Below, one piece after another: positions 1-10,641 of a DNA stretch of 64,000 nt. Position numbers and translations under genes: made by a program. Within the stretch, counting starts at the first letter, position 1; every line of letters starts with the position of its first letter. Source of the stretch: Sedimentisphaerales bacterium (lineage in GTDB: Bacteria; Planctomycetota; Phycisphaerae; Sedimentisphaerales; SM23-30); assembly GCA_963663805.2 (NCBI GenBank), contig CAXXMR010000007.1:17667-81666 (forward strand). The letters run 5' to 3'. The notes beneath the pieces were generated by a model, which did no database searches, was not told the origin of the DNA, and saw only the letters and a program-made list of their open reading frames with translations.

Positions 1-2
1 CT

Positions 3-1244
3 GATGCGTTTAAAGTTATCAGCGGCAAGCTGACTGTCGATAAATGCCTGGAATTGACGTTGCTCTGTAATAAACAAATCCAATCCGCCCGTGCCGCGTT
101 GGAAGAAGCCCAGGGCCAGATTGTCGAGGCACGGGCCACCGCTTTGCCGATCGCGTCGTTTAGCGGTTCAGCTTTGGTGAATGAAAATGACGGATTGGTT
201 GCCGATAAAGAAAGTTATGAACTTGGCCTGCTGGCACGTCAGCCATTGTATCTGGGCGGATTGATCGGTGCGGCTTTGGACGCGGCGACGGCGGCGGCGT
301 ATTTTTCGCAGCAGGAGTTGCGGCAGTCCATGCAGGATGTGCAACTGGAGGTCAGACGGCAATATTTGGGGGCACTTCTGGCAGCGGAATTGGAAAGGGT
401 AGCGATTCAGGCACGCAATGATGCAAAAAAACATCTTAATGATGTCGAAGTAAAGCTGAAACATGGGGCGGGTTTGAAGTTTGATGTTTTGCGGGCACAG
501 GTACGTCTGACGCAGATGGAAGCCGACCTTATCAAACGCCAACATGAAGCCAAACTGGCTCAACAGAGACTATTAAATGTTCTGGGAGTGTCCCAGTTAA
601 GTAAGGTGGAGCTGGCGGGCAAGCTGGATTATCAAGAGTTGATAGTTAGCGATTCAAGTTGCCTGGAACAAGCTCAGTTGCGTCGTCCGGGTCTGTTAAT
701 GGCAGAAGCGATGGTGCGGCTGCGTGAGGATAATATCGTAAGCGAAAAGTCTGGTAATCGTCCCAGGGTTTATTTGCAGGGTGTGTATCAGCGCAGCTAT
801 CCGGGGTTTGGTTCTTTTCTGGGTGATAAAAAATGGGAGCGGACTATGAACGGCGGGGTAGTGGTGGAGTGGCCCTTCTTTAGCGGATTTGCCGTGGAAG
901 GGAAAGTCACCCAGGCCAAGGCCCAACTGCATAAAGAACAGATTGCCTTGCACAAATTAGAAGAGCAGGTACAGTTTGAAGTCACCGAAGGTTTGCTCAC
1001 GCTGGACAGCAGTGCCCGGTTTGTACGTTCGCAGCAGGGCAATGTCGCCAATGCCGAAGAAGCCTTGCGGCTGGTGCGGGTGAGCTTTCAGGAAGGGGCG
1101 GCGACGGCACTGGATGTGATTTCCGCAGAGCTGGCATTAGCGACGGCCCGTTCGGATTACGCGACTTCGGTTTATGGACATGAAGTTGCCCGGCTGCAAT
1201 TGCATCGGGCGGTTGGTACCCTGGGTGAAGAAGTCCTGCCTTGA
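3..1244 (+). CDS. TolC-family outer membrane efflux protein (5' partial)
   Basis: Frame open from window edge; two OEP-type repeats (ARATALP..., G..FDVLRAQV, G.AT.LDV..AE); first gene of a tripartite efflux operon. Confidence 0.9.
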   Translation, partial: DAFKVISGKLTVDKCLELTLLCNKQIQSARAALEEAQGQIVEARATALPIASFSGSALVNENDGLVADKESYELGLLARQPLYLGGLIGAALDAATAAAYFSQQELRQSMQDVQLEVRRQYLGALLAAELERVAIQARNDAKKHLNDVEVKLKHGAGLKFDVLRAQVRLTQMEADLIKRQHEAKLAQQRLLNVLGVSQLSKVELAGKLDYQELIVSDSSCLEQAQLRRPGLLMAEAMVRLREDNIVSEKSGNRPRVYLQGVYQRSYPGFGSFLGDKKWERTMNGGVVVEWPFFSGFAVEGKVTQAKAQLHKEQIALHKLEEQVQFEVTEGLLTLDSSARFVRSQQGNVANAEEALRLVRVSFQEGAATALDVISAELALATARSDYATSVYGHEVARLQLHRAVGTLGEEVLP

Positions 1245-1357
1245 AGAACAAGATGTCAGAATTCAGAGGTCAGAAATATAACGTCAACGGCCAGGATTCG
1301 CTTTGGGCGAGGTTGTTTAGTAGTAAACGGAATAATTGATAATATACAGGTGGAATT

Positions 1358-2614
1358 ATGAAGAAACTTATTTTACTGGTAATCGTTTTGGTATTGGTGG
1401 CCTTGGGTGTTTATGTTTATCTGAATAAACCCCAGCCCGCCGAGAGCATTTCGGATTTGCAGTTGAAGGCTGGATTACCGGTCCGCGTATATGAAGTCGC
1501 ACGTGGAGACTTGATGGAAACTGTTTCGGTTAGTGGTACGATAGAGCCGATTCAGAAAGTTACTGTCGCCGCGACGGTGATGGAGCGAATCGCGGAACTG
1601 CCCGTCAAGGCTGGGCAGAAGGTAGCCCAGGGGGATTTGCTGGTGCGGCTCGATACCGATAAGGCGGGATTCCAGGTGGCTCAGGCCCAGGCGAAGGTTA
1701 ATTTGACGCGTGAGGCGCTGAGACGGCTGGAAAACGGCACCCGCCCGGAAGAAATCAGCATCGCCAAGGCTGGCAGGGCAGAAGCCCAGGCACTTTTGGA
1801 ATTGCTGAAGATTGAAAAAAACCGTCAGGAAAAATTATACGCTGAACAGGCCACGACATTACAGCAGGTTCAGGATGTCGAAAATCGTTTCAATAACGCT
1901 GCTGCCGCGGTTGAGGCTGCTCAGGCGAATTTTGAATTAGCGAAAAACGGTCCTCGTCAGGAAGATATCGCCGCGGCGAGGGCGGAGCTGGAATTGTCTG
2001 AGGCTCAATTGGCTCAGGCCGAGGATTATCTGGCGGACCATTACCTCAAGGCACCGTTCGCCGGTCAGGTTGGTTTGACAGATTTTGAGGTAGGCGATGT
2101 GGCTGATGTTAATATGGCACTGTTCAAGATGGTGGATGTCAGCAGGGTTTATCTGAAGGTCGATGTCTCAGAGCTGTATATCTCCAAATTGGAACCGGGC
2201 CAATCCGTAACGGTTACGGTAGATGCGCTAAAGGGTCAGGAATTCGCCGGAACGATCGACCAAATCAACCCGGTAATAAACCAGAAAGATCGTTCTTATA
2301 TAACCCGCATCCTGATTGATAACGGGGGCGGCAAGCTGAGAATGGGTATGTTTGGCCGGGCCCATATCGTGATTGACCGGGCCGATAATGCCTTGGCGGT
2401 GCCCGCTGACGCTTTACGTAGTGATGAGCAGGGCGATTATGTTCTGGCTGTCGAGGGCGGTGAAAAAGCGGTGACCCGTCGTTTGGATGTGAAGCCGGGC
2501 CGGGTGTTTGATAGTCGGGTAGAGGTTCTGAGTGGTTTGGCGGGCGGGGAAAGGATTGTCGGGCTGGGCAAGGACATCTCGGCGGATATGAAAGTGACCG
2601 TAGTTCAGGATTAA
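1358..2614 (+). CDS. RND efflux periplasmic adaptor (membrane fusion protein)
   Basis: N-terminal TM, lipoyl motif VKAGQKVAQGDLLVRLD, long coiled coil, LKAPFAG, LRMGMF, VEVLSGL. Confidence 0.93.
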   Translation: MKKLILLVIVLVLVALGVYVYLNKPQPAESISDLQLKAGLPVRVYEVARGDLMETVSVSGTIEPIQKVTVAATVMERIAELPVKAGQKVAQGDLLVRLDTDKAGFQVAQAQAKVNLTREALRRLENGTRPEEISIAKAGRAEAQALLELLKIEKNRQEKLYAEQATTLQQVQDVENRFNNAAAAVEAAQANFELAKNGPRQEDIAAARAELELSEAQLAQAEDYLADHYLKAPFAGQVGLTDFEVGDVADVNMALFKMVDVSRVYLKVDVSELYISKLEPGQSVTVTVDALKGQEFAGTIDQINPVINQKDRSYITRILIDNGGGKLRMGMFGRAHIVIDRADNALAVPADALRSDEQGDYVLAVEGGEKAVTRRLDVKPGRVFDSRVEVLSGLAGGERIVGLGKDISADMKVTVVQD

Positions 2615-2677
2615 TCAGCATCTAAGATAAGCAACAAATAACAATGATGCAAACAATATAACTATTGAGATAAAGTT

Positions 2678-5600
2678 ATGAATTTTATTAAGACATGTAT
2701 TTCCCGGCCCGTATTGGTGGCGATGATAATGACGACCCTGGCGGGGCTGGGTGTTTTCTGCTGGACGCAGTTGTCGCAGGAGTTATTCCCGGATGTCGAG
2801 TTCCCGGTCGTAACGGTGGTGACCCGTTATGAAGGTTCCGGCCCGGAAGAAATCGAGCAGTTGATAAGTAAGAAGCTCGAAGACGAAATCAGTACGGTCG
2901 AGGGTATCAAATATCTCAACAGTATTTCTCAGCAGGGGATGAGCCTGGTAATCGCCGAGTTTTATTTGGGTACCGATGTCGATGTTGCCGCCGCGGATGT
3001 GCGGGCCAAGGTCGATGTGGTCCGCAACGATCTGCCCGAAGAAGCCGACGACCCGATCGTAGAGAAATTCGACTTTAACGCTCAGCCGATAATGACGCTG
3101 GCGATTTCCGCGCCGCGGAGTTTGCGGGAAGTTTTCCAGATGGCTGATGAGCGGGTCAAGGACCGCATTTCAACAGTGCCCGATGTTGCTTCGGTGGAAA
3201 TCACCGGCGGCGAGGAACGGGAGATTCATATCCTCGCCAACCAGCAGCGTTTGCGGGCTTACGGTTTGAGTATCGTTGATTTGCTCGGTGCGGTATCAGC
3301 GGCGAACCTGGAATCGCCGGGCGGTTATATTCGCCAGAACAGTCGTGAATTTAATATTCGACTTCGGGGGAAATTTAAAAATCTGGATGAGATACGCAAT
3401 ATGCGGGTGATGCTGCCGACGGGGGGCAGTGTTTATCTGCGTGAGTTGGCGGAGGTAAAGGATACTTATAAGGATATTCGCGAGAAGGCCCGGACCGATG
3501 GCAAAGTTTGTGTGGGCATGACGATTCAAAAACGTGCCGGGGGTAATGCGGTAGCTGTTGATGCCGGGGTGCGTGAACAGATTGAGAAGCTCAAGAAAAT
3601 TCTGCCCGATGATTATGAGATTCTGGTAATTGACGAGAGCGCCACCTGGATAACCTCTTCGGTTGCCAATGTGCGTGATAATATGATAAGCGGGATTATC
3701 CTCACCGCGATTACCCTGCTGATATTCCTGCATAGTTTTCGCAGCGTGATTATTATTTCGCTGACCATGCCGGTATCGGTACTGGCAACATTTATCATTA
3801 TGTACCTCGCCGGCTTCACGCTGAATATGATGAGCCTGATGGGTTTGGCGATGACGGTGGGTGTGCTGGTAAATAACGCGATTCTGGTTTTGGAGAACAT
3901 TTATCGTTATTTACAGTTGGGCCACGACCCGATCCGGGCCGCCAATGAAGGCACTTCTGAGATCGCCGTCGCGGTCGCTTCGACGACCCTTACCAACGTG
4001 GTGGTGTTTGTGCCTATCGCGTTTATGGGCGGTATTGTGGGCCAGTTCTTCAAGGACTTTGGCCTGACCGCTACGTTCGCCACGATAGTATCGCTGTTTG
4101 TTTCATTTACGCTGGCGCCGATGATGGCCGCGAAATTGCTGAGCCAGAACGCGATCGCGATTAACAAGCAAAATTTCATGGGCAGGTTCGGCCGCTGGTT
4201 CGAAAAGCACCTCGACAACTTAAAAGACAGTTACGCCGGCGGCTTACACTGGTGTCTGCGTCACCGGTGGCTGCTGATTATCGTAGTTTTCTTCATGCTG
4301 ATTGGCTCGTTTATGCTGGCCGGTCAGATCGGCAGCGAGTTCATCACCAATATGGACCAGGGCAAGTTTACCGTTATGCTGGAAATGCCGGTTGGTACAC
4401 GTCTGGAAGAAACTGACGCTGCGATGGCCGGGATTGAAGAGGTGCTTGCCGATAAGAAAGTTCTGCCGGAGTTGATTACCATGTTTTCCCTGATAGGCAC
4501 GACGATGGGTGGCGATGTCGGCGGGGCCAGTCAGGCGGTTAATATTGGTCAGATGATAGTGCAGATTCTGCCCAAGGATGAGCGTGACCTCAGCACTACC
4601 GAGGTGATGGACCGTTTACGCCCATCACTCGCTGCGGCGAACATTCCCGGCGCCAATATCAAGATTCTGGAAATTAGCGGCGGCGGCGGGGGCGAAGCGC
4701 CGATTCAGATGGAAATCATCGGTGATGATATTTCCCGGCTGTACGAATTTTCAGTTCAGGCCATGAAAATCATGAACAACCCCGAACGTGTACCCGGCGC
4801 GGTTGATATTGACACGAATTATCGTCTCGGCCAGCCGGAACTGCGAATTATTCCCGACCGCGAGAAGTGTCTGGATAACGGAGTGAACAGCCGTTACCTT
4901 TCCTCCGTTGTCGCCGCGACATTCGAGGGATTGCTGGCCGGTGAATATCGCGAAGGTGCGTTCGATTACGACATTCGCGTCAAGGCCGACGAGGATTCCC
5001 GCAAAGTTATCGCCGATATTTCGGAGTTGACGATAATGAACGCCGCGGGTCGGCTGATACCTCTGCCGCAACTGGCGGAGATCAAACAGACCACCGGCCC
5101 ATCCCAGATTTTCCGCAAGAACCGCCAGAATATGATTAAGGTTACTTGCGATGTAAGCGGCAGCAGTCCCGGCCAGGTCGTCGCCGCTGTCAATCGCGAA
5201 TTGGAACCCTTGCTGCGTGAATACCCGGAGGTGACCGTGTTCTTCGGCGGCGAGGTCGAGCGGATGCAGGAAAGTTTCGCGCGTATGGGCGTTGCGCTTA
5301 TCATGGCGGTTTGCCTGACGTATATGCTGTTGGCTGCCCTGTTGGAGTCGTTCACTCAGCCGCTGATAATTATGGTCTCACTGCCGCTGAGTTTGATTGG
5401 TGTTTTCGCAGCCTTGTTCCTGATGGGCGGGACATTCTCGATCTTCTCGATTATGTCAATCGTCATGCTCGTCGGCCTGGTAATCAATAACAGTATCATC
5501 GTGATTGACTATATCAATATCCTGCGTAAGCAGGGCAAGGGCCGCACCGATGCGATTATCGAGTCGGGCACAACCCGCCTGCGCCCGATCCTCATGGCGA

Positions 5601-5800
5601 ACCTCACTACGGTTATCGCCCTGATTCCGCTGGCAATGGGCAGCGGCTGGGGCGGCGAGATGCGAGCCCCCATGGCGATGGTACAGATCGGCGGACTTCT
5701 CGCCGGCGGCTGGATGGGCCTGCTGGTCGTGCCGGTAATCTACACCATCAGCGATGATTTCAATAACTGGGTTAGACGACTGATATTTGGCCGGGGCTGA
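2678..5800 (+). CDS. RND efflux permease (AcrB/AcrD/AcrF family)
   Basis: 1040 aa; RPV start, VGVLVNNAILVLENI (TM4), GLVINNSI (TM10), RLRPILM. Confidence 0.95.
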   Translation: MNFIKTCISRPVLVAMIMTTLAGLGVFCWTQLSQELFPDVEFPVVTVVTRYEGSGPEEIEQLISKKLEDEISTVEGIKYLNSISQQGMSLVIAEFYLGTDVDVAAADVRAKVDVVRNDLPEEADDPIVEKFDFNAQPIMTLAISAPRSLREVFQMADERVKDRISTVPDVASVEITGGEEREIHILANQQRLRAYGLSIVDLLGAVSAANLESPGGYIRQNSREFNIRLRGKFKNLDEIRNMRVMLPTGGSVYLRELAEVKDTYKDIREKARTDGKVCVGMTIQKRAGGNAVAVDAGVREQIEKLKKILPDDYEILVIDESATWITSSVANVRDNMISGIILTAITLLIFLHSFRSVIIISLTMPVSVLATFIIMYLAGFTLNMMSLMGLAMTVGVLVNNAILVLENIYRYLQLGHDPIRAANEGTSEIAVAVASTTLTNVVVFVPIAFMGGIVGQFFKDFGLTATFATIVSLFVSFTLAPMMAAKLLSQNAIAINKQNFMGRFGRWFEKHLDNLKDSYAGGLHWCLRHRWLLIIVVFFMLIGSFMLAGQIGSEFITNMDQGKFTVMLEMPVGTRLEETDAAMAGIEEVLADKKVLPELITMFSLIGTTMGGDVGGASQAVNIGQMIVQILPKDERDLSTTEVMDRLRPSLAAANIPGANIKILEISGGGGGEAPIQMEIIGDDISRLYEFSVQAMKIMNNPERVPGAVDIDTNYRLGQPELRIIPDREKCLDNGVNSRYLSSVVAATFEGLLAGEYREGAFDYDIRVKADEDSRKVIADISELTIMNAAGRLIPLPQLAEIKQTTGPSQIFRKNRQNMIKVTCDVSGSSPGQVVAAVNRELEPLLREYPEVTVFFGGEVERMQESFARMGVALIMAVCLTYMLLAALLESFTQPLIIMVSLPLSLIGVFAALFLMGGTFSIFSIMSIVMLVGLVINNSIIVIDYINILRKQGKGRTDAIIESGTTRLRPILMANLTTVIALIPLAMGSGWGGEMRAPMAMVQIGGLLAGGWMGLLVVPVIYTISDDFNNWVRRLIFGRG

Positions 5801-5871
5801 AAGGGTTGTGTCAGATAGCGAACGTTGATGAGGCGAGACTAAAATATGAAGAAGTTAAATAGCTATTAAAA

Positions 5872-8800
5872 TCAAAATATCTTATCTAGCTGAATTTTTT
5901 TAAGTATTTCAAATATGACAGCGCCGCTCAAAGAGTGGATTATCGGGATAGAGTTTTTGATCATGAAAATTTTAATGTTTTCGAGAATTTGTATTTTATC
6001 TTCTTCTGAACAGGCAATTTTCATTTCTTGTATGAGTTTCGATACGGATTTTCGTTTTTTTTGGTCAAGCTTTTGAAGATAATTTATGAAGAGTTCGATT
6101 TGTTCATCAGTAACTACCGTAAATTCAATAATTTCTCCCAGGATAGATTTGATATCGACCATCTCATAACTTTCGCCACATTCAACCCTATCTTTGTTGT
6201 TTTTGATGCGATCTTCTAATTTGTTGATTTCATATAGATACTTTTTGTCGCTTTCGCAACAGGTTTTGCATGTACATTCCACCTGTTCCTTTACAGGAGG
6301 ATTGTTTAATGTGTTATGAATATGATCAAATTCCTTTCTTATAATAGCTAATAGTCCTTTGCGGTTTATACCGACTAATCTTAATACTATACGACGATTG
6401 AAGCGTTCGCATTCAATTAAGGCATTTGTTCCTTTTCGTTCAAGTACCACTCCGTTTTTCCAGTAAAAAGAATCTTTGTGAATAGAGTGATTTCTGGCGA
6501 TAAATCTTTCGATAATCCCGGCTGGCATAAAATCATATTTATATTCAAGACGGGTATTGTCCTTATAATTCCAATCAAGACCATCCGGCTTTTCAGCTTT
6601 AAGTAGCTCCGGTACTATATATTCGGCATTGTTGCCAAGTTTGAAGCAAATTTCAAATTTTATCATCAGTTCCAGCAGGGCGGCGTGTTTGTCTTCTGGG
6701 TAATTCTGCCAGATGTGACGTAATTGTTCGTAAGTAAATCTACCGTAATTGTCGCGAACAAATTCATTATCCAGAACCATATAGGCGGCATCGGTAGCCC
6801 ATTCCGGATTGAGAAATATCACCGGATGTAATATCGGGTCGTCTTCAAAATGCAAGAACACTCCTAGATCATGATAATACCTGCTCAAATGTTCGGCCTG
6901 TTCTGCATCCAATCCGAATTCCAGGCATATTTCTTGGTATTTTTCAAAAGAAATACTATTTTCTTCTAATGATTCCAGCCGTTCTCTAATCCTGTTCCAT
7001 ACGATAGGTAAATCATTGCCGACCAGTTCCAGTTTGCCGACCTCCTCGAAGATTTCCTTGCGAAGATTGTCTATTCCTTGTCCGGTTTTGGCGCTGACCT
7101 TGTGGAAAGCGATGATATTAGGGAAATTTTCCTTGATGCCTTTCTGGTCGATTTCCTTGCTTCGTTCATCAGACTTATTCATGGCTACAATTACCGGGGA
7201 ATTATTACTAAGCAGACTGATAACATTAAGCCAATAAGCAAAGCTGAGTATATCATCGTCTTGCCGAGCCTCCCAGACGAATAGATATAATGACCTTCTT
7301 GTAAGAAAATACTGATGGGTTGCGTGATATATTTCTTGCCCGCCGAAATCCCAGAAATTGATTCGGAAATTATCGACCCCGGCGGCATTAACTATCCAGT
7401 TATGAATGTCTATCCCTTCGGTGGTTCCATCTTCTTTTCCCTCAGGAATTTTGTTAGATACGAGGCGGTTAAGTAACCATGTTTTGCCAACTTTTCCGGC
7501 TCCGACAATCAGTAGCTTGGCTTCATAAAGTTTTTCAACTCCATCTTTCAGTAGTTCAAAATAATTTCTGATGGCTTCGCGACCTTGTGCGGCAATCTCA
7601 ATTGGAGGACTCTCCAACGGATTGCCAAATAAATTGATGTCACGAGTGGCCCAGCCATCTTGGCAAATGATTTGCATGTTTATATTTGTAATCCAGGGTC
7701 GTAGCTTTGTTAGTTCGTTGTTTTTTAGATTTAACTTTGATAAAGAAGTGAGTTTGTTTATTTCGTCAGGTAAATCTTTTAGTCGATTAGTGCATAAATC
7801 TAACTTATTTAATTTTGTGAGTTTTCCTATTTCTGGCGGCAGTTCAGTTATTTCATTGTAACTAAGATCTAATTCACGTAAATAATTTAGCGTTCCGATT
7901 TTCGTTGACAATTGTTTAATATTATTGCCGCTTAGGATGACGCTTTCTAGTTTGGAGAGCTGAAATATTTCTTCGGGTATTTCTTGTAATAGAATGTTGT
8001 GTGCATCTAAGTAATATAGTGATTTAAGTAGTCCTATTTCCGTTGGTAATGATTGAAGAGGATTGTTGCTAACATCTAATATCTCTAAGCAAGATAATTT
8101 GCCTATATTACGAGGGAGACCGTTTATTCTATTAGAAGCAAGATCGAGTGTGGTTAGAGAAGTTAGTTTTTCAATTTCTGGAGGGATATAATCTAAGTTG
8201 TTCTGTCGGAGCTCTAACTTTTGCAAGGAGCTTGTCAGGGCGATTTCTTTTGGCAAAATGTTGAGGGAGTTTGTGCTTATGTTCAGATTATTTAGTTTTT
8301 CAAGATGTCCGATTGCTGTTGGGAGGGTTTTTAGGCAATTATTTTGAAGTTTAAGTGACTGAAGTGATTTAAGATGTTTTATTTCATCTGGAAGTTCGCA
8401 TAAGTTGTTATTACAGAGAAATAAAGTTTCCAAAACAACAAGCTTGCCAATTGTTTCTGGAATATAATGTATTAGATTATTTGTAAGATAAAGTTGCTCA
8501 AGACAAATTAGTTCGCCAATTTCATCTGGTAATGAATCCAGTATATTATCATTAACACTTAATATTTTTAAGTGTTTTAGGTGTTTAATTTCTTTGGGGA
8601 TTTCATGTAAATTATTACCGCTCAGATACAGTCCTTGGAGGGATGAAAGTTTGCCAATGTCATCGGTAAGATAATCAAGCTGGTTATTATATAGGATCAG
8701 TTCTTGTAATGTATTTATTTTGCATATGGGAGTTATGTCTTTAATTTCGATAGCACTCAGATTTATGGCTATTATTTTATTTTTAATTTCAATAAAACCT

Positions 8801-8904
8801 CTCGGAGTACATCTTAATGTATCTAGACTTTTTTGTTTACTGAGTACTATTCCTAATTCTTCTTCAAGCTGTAAAATAATTTCTGGTTTAGTTTTTTTTG
8901 TCAT
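5872..8904 (-). CDS. Roco protein: leucine-rich repeats + Roc GTPase + COR domain
   Basis: About 15 LRRs; P-loop GAGKVGKT, TTEGID, WDFGGQEIY, NKSD, VSAKTG; COR motifs HDLGVFLHF, P.W, MPAGI..RFI, WKNGV. Confidence 0.93.
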   Translation of the reverse strand: MTKKTKPEIILQLEEELGIVLSKQKSLDTLRCTPRGFIEIKNKIIAINLSAIEIKDITPICKINTLQELILYNNQLDYLTDDIGKLSSLQGLYLSGNNLHEIPKEIKHLKHLKILSVNDNILDSLPDEIGELICLEQLYLTNNLIHYIPETIGKLVVLETLFLCNNNLCELPDEIKHLKSLQSLKLQNNCLKTLPTAIGHLEKLNNLNISTNSLNILPKEIALTSSLQKLELRQNNLDYIPPEIEKLTSLTTLDLASNRINGLPRNIGKLSCLEILDVSNNPLQSLPTEIGLLKSLYYLDAHNILLQEIPEEIFQLSKLESVILSGNNIKQLSTKIGTLNYLRELDLSYNEITELPPEIGKLTKLNKLDLCTNRLKDLPDEINKLTSLSKLNLKNNELTKLRPWITNINMQIICQDGWATRDINLFGNPLESPPIEIAAQGREAIRNYFELLKDGVEKLYEAKLLIVGAGKVGKTWLLNRLVSNKIPEGKEDGTTEGIDIHNWIVNAAGVDNFRINFWDFGGQEIYHATHQYFLTRRSLYLFVWEARQDDDILSFAYWLNVISLLSNNSPVIVAMNKSDERSKEIDQKGIKENFPNIIAFHKVSAKTGQGIDNLRKEIFEEVGKLELVGNDLPIVWNRIRERLESLEENSISFEKYQEICLEFGLDAEQAEHLSRYYHDLGVFLHFEDDPILHPVIFLNPEWATDAAYMVLDNEFVRDNYGRFTYEQLRHIWQNYPEDKHAALLELMIKFEICFKLGNNAEYIVPELLKAEKPDGLDWNYKDNTRLEYKYDFMPAGIIERFIARNHSIHKDSFYWKNGVVLERKGTNALIECERFNRRIVLRLVGINRKGLLAIIRKEFDHIHNTLNNPPVKEQVECTCKTCCESDKKYLYEINKLEDRIKNNKDRVECGESYEMVDIKSILGEIIEFTVVTDEQIELFINYLQKLDQKKRKSVSKLIQEMKIACSEEDKIQILENIKIFMIKNSIPIIHSLSGAVIFEILKKIQLDKIF

Positions 8905-9118
8905 GATTATGCTGCCATTCTTTTCGGACCGAATATTATTTGTCGTCTAATCTTAAAAACTCGCGAGAGAATATTCTAGCAGACCACCAGATAAATTCAA
9001 CAGAAATTTATGGATATGCCCGATCGGGCCGCTGGACGGGTAATAGCCGGGACAGAACGGGGAGCCCCGGGGGGAATCATGATTATTCAGGGCAAAGGGG
9101 AACTTTCAGGCGCAGATA

Positions 9119-9814
9119 TCAAATCGCCACGGCCAGTTTATCCGCGGCGGCGGGTTCGGGGGCAATTTGCGGTTTGATTGCCGTCGTCGGCAATGCCGCC
9201 CGGGCGGTGGTTACTTCGTTGCTGGGGCAGCTGGAGCCGTTTTCGTTGGCGGCTATGACGCGGAAGCGGGTTGCTTCATCGCTGTAGAAATCAGATTCCC
9301 CGAGCCGGTAATGGTTATCGAAGGTAATGGCTGCCAGCTGCCAGGGGCAGCGATTATCCATCCGGCGTTTCTGGATGAGATAATGACGGACGGGGCGGCG
9401 GGTGCTGTAGGTGGATTTCCGCCAGTGCAGAGTTAAACTGTTTTCGCCGAGATATTCCAGAGTCAGATTGCCCGGCTGCTGCGGCGGTAAGGTGGCAGCG
9501 TTTTTCTTGCGGTCGTTGATACCGATAAGGTTCATCTGCTGCGGGGCGGCGGCGGTATCGACCTGAGCCTGCCTTATTTGCCCCTTCATTTCCTGTTGAA
9601 GTCTATCTAAAACTTCGGCCTTGGCAATCGCCGCGCATTTCGCGGCGGCCTGCGCTTCCTGCAAGCGAAACGTCGCTTCCTGAAAGCTCTCAATCACACT
9701 AAGCAGCTCGGCGGGGTTGCCGTGCGTAAAGATATCCGGGTGAAGTTCCAGACCGCTGACCATACGCCTAGCCAGAGCGAGAATGTCGGCGTTGTTACGT
9801 GGAAACTGGGACAT
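9119..9814 (-). CDS. Fibronectin type III domain protein with N-terminal helical domain
   Basis: RBS GGAGG; C-terminal FN3 motifs PQQPGNL, LTLHW, YLIQ, FRVIAANENGSSCPSNEV. Confidence 0.75.
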   Translation of the reverse strand: MSQFPRNNADILALARRMVSGLELHPDIFTHGNPAELLSVIESFQEATFRLQEAQAAAKCAAIAKAEVLDRLQQEMKGQIRQAQVDTAAAPQQMNLIGINDRKKNAATLPPQQPGNLTLEYLGENSLTLHWRKSTYSTRRPVRHYLIQKRRMDNRCPWQLAAITFDNHYRLGESDFYSDEATRFRVIAANENGSSCPSNEVTTARAALPTTAIKPQIAPEPAAADKLAVAI

Positions 9815-9830
9815 GTAAACCTCCGGTTTT

Positions 9831-10130
9831 AGAAGTCAGTTGTCAGAAATCAGAATTCAGCAAAAATATTTAGCCGCGGATTACCCGGATTTCGCGGATT
9901 ACGATTTATTCTTTCCATACATGTTTTTTAAAATCTGCGTCCATCTGCGTTATCTGTGGATTGTATATATTTTTCTTATCCGCAGATCAAAAATTAAACA
10001 AGATTATTAATCAGGCACTCCTGTCCCGCAATATTCGCCGTTAAAAATCCGCGTCAATCCGTGTAATCCGCGGTTCCCTGCTCTTAATCGTTAATCTGCT
10101 GACTTCTGAATACTGATCTCTGATGTCTGA
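9831..10130. repeat. Nested inverted-repeat (large hairpin) element built from short tandem units
   Basis: Outer arms TCAGAA-type 7-mers (9831-9861 vs 10097-10130); inner arms agccgcggattacccggatttcgcggatt (9872-9900) vs aatccgcgtcaatccgtgtaatccgcggtt (10046-10075). Confidence 0.75.
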
Positions 10131-10142
10131 TTTAAAATGGCT

Positions 10143-10189
10143 GCCGACTGCCCGGGTCGTAAAACAACCGCTCCGGGCAATCGGCTTTT
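10143..10189. terminator. Strong GC hairpin, possible intrinsic terminator or leader structure
   Basis: gccgactgcccgg ... ccgggcaatcggc followed by tttt on the + strand. Confidence 0.45.
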
Positions 10190-10410
10190 CCTAAATCGCA
10201 AAATATCACAAATAAAAATACTGCTAAAAACAATCGGCTGAACTTATCCGATCGCAGAATTATCATCGAACCAATCGCCGACAGAGTTTAGCCAAAAAGA
10301 TCATTATTTCGCCCGAACGGTAGGCCCGAACGCCTAAGTATAGTTTCTGTGCATAGTTACGAAGAATATTTCGTTAAAAAAACCGAGCATTTTATTTTTA
10401 CATCTATCAA

Positions 10411-10641
10411 ATGTAAATTTACATCTGTCATATGTAAAATTGCATTCGCCACATGTAAATTTGCAAATGGCCCCTGTAAAAATGTATTCGTCGCATGTAA
10501 ATTTGCATCTGCCGTATGCAAAATTACATTCGATGGATGTAAATTCGCAAATGCCGAATGTAAAATTGTATGCGGCAAATGCAAAATTGTATCTGTCAGA
10601 TGTGAACTTACATCGGACCGATACAAATTTACTTTGTCCCG
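10411..10641. repeat. Tandem array of 11 degenerate 21-bp units with palindromic core ATGTAAATTTACAT
   Basis: Units start at 10411, 10432, 10453, 10474, 10495, 10516, 10537, 10558, 10579, 10600, 10621; degenerate copies near 10390, 10662, 10703. Confidence 0.9.

Noticed and set aside
10139..10192. c-di-GMP riboswitch
   Set aside because: Single hairpin lacking the GEMM two-stem/tetraloop-receptor consensus
10411..10641. CRISPR array
   Set aside because: Period is only 21 bp, repeats are degenerate, linkers are 7 nt, and there are no cas genes
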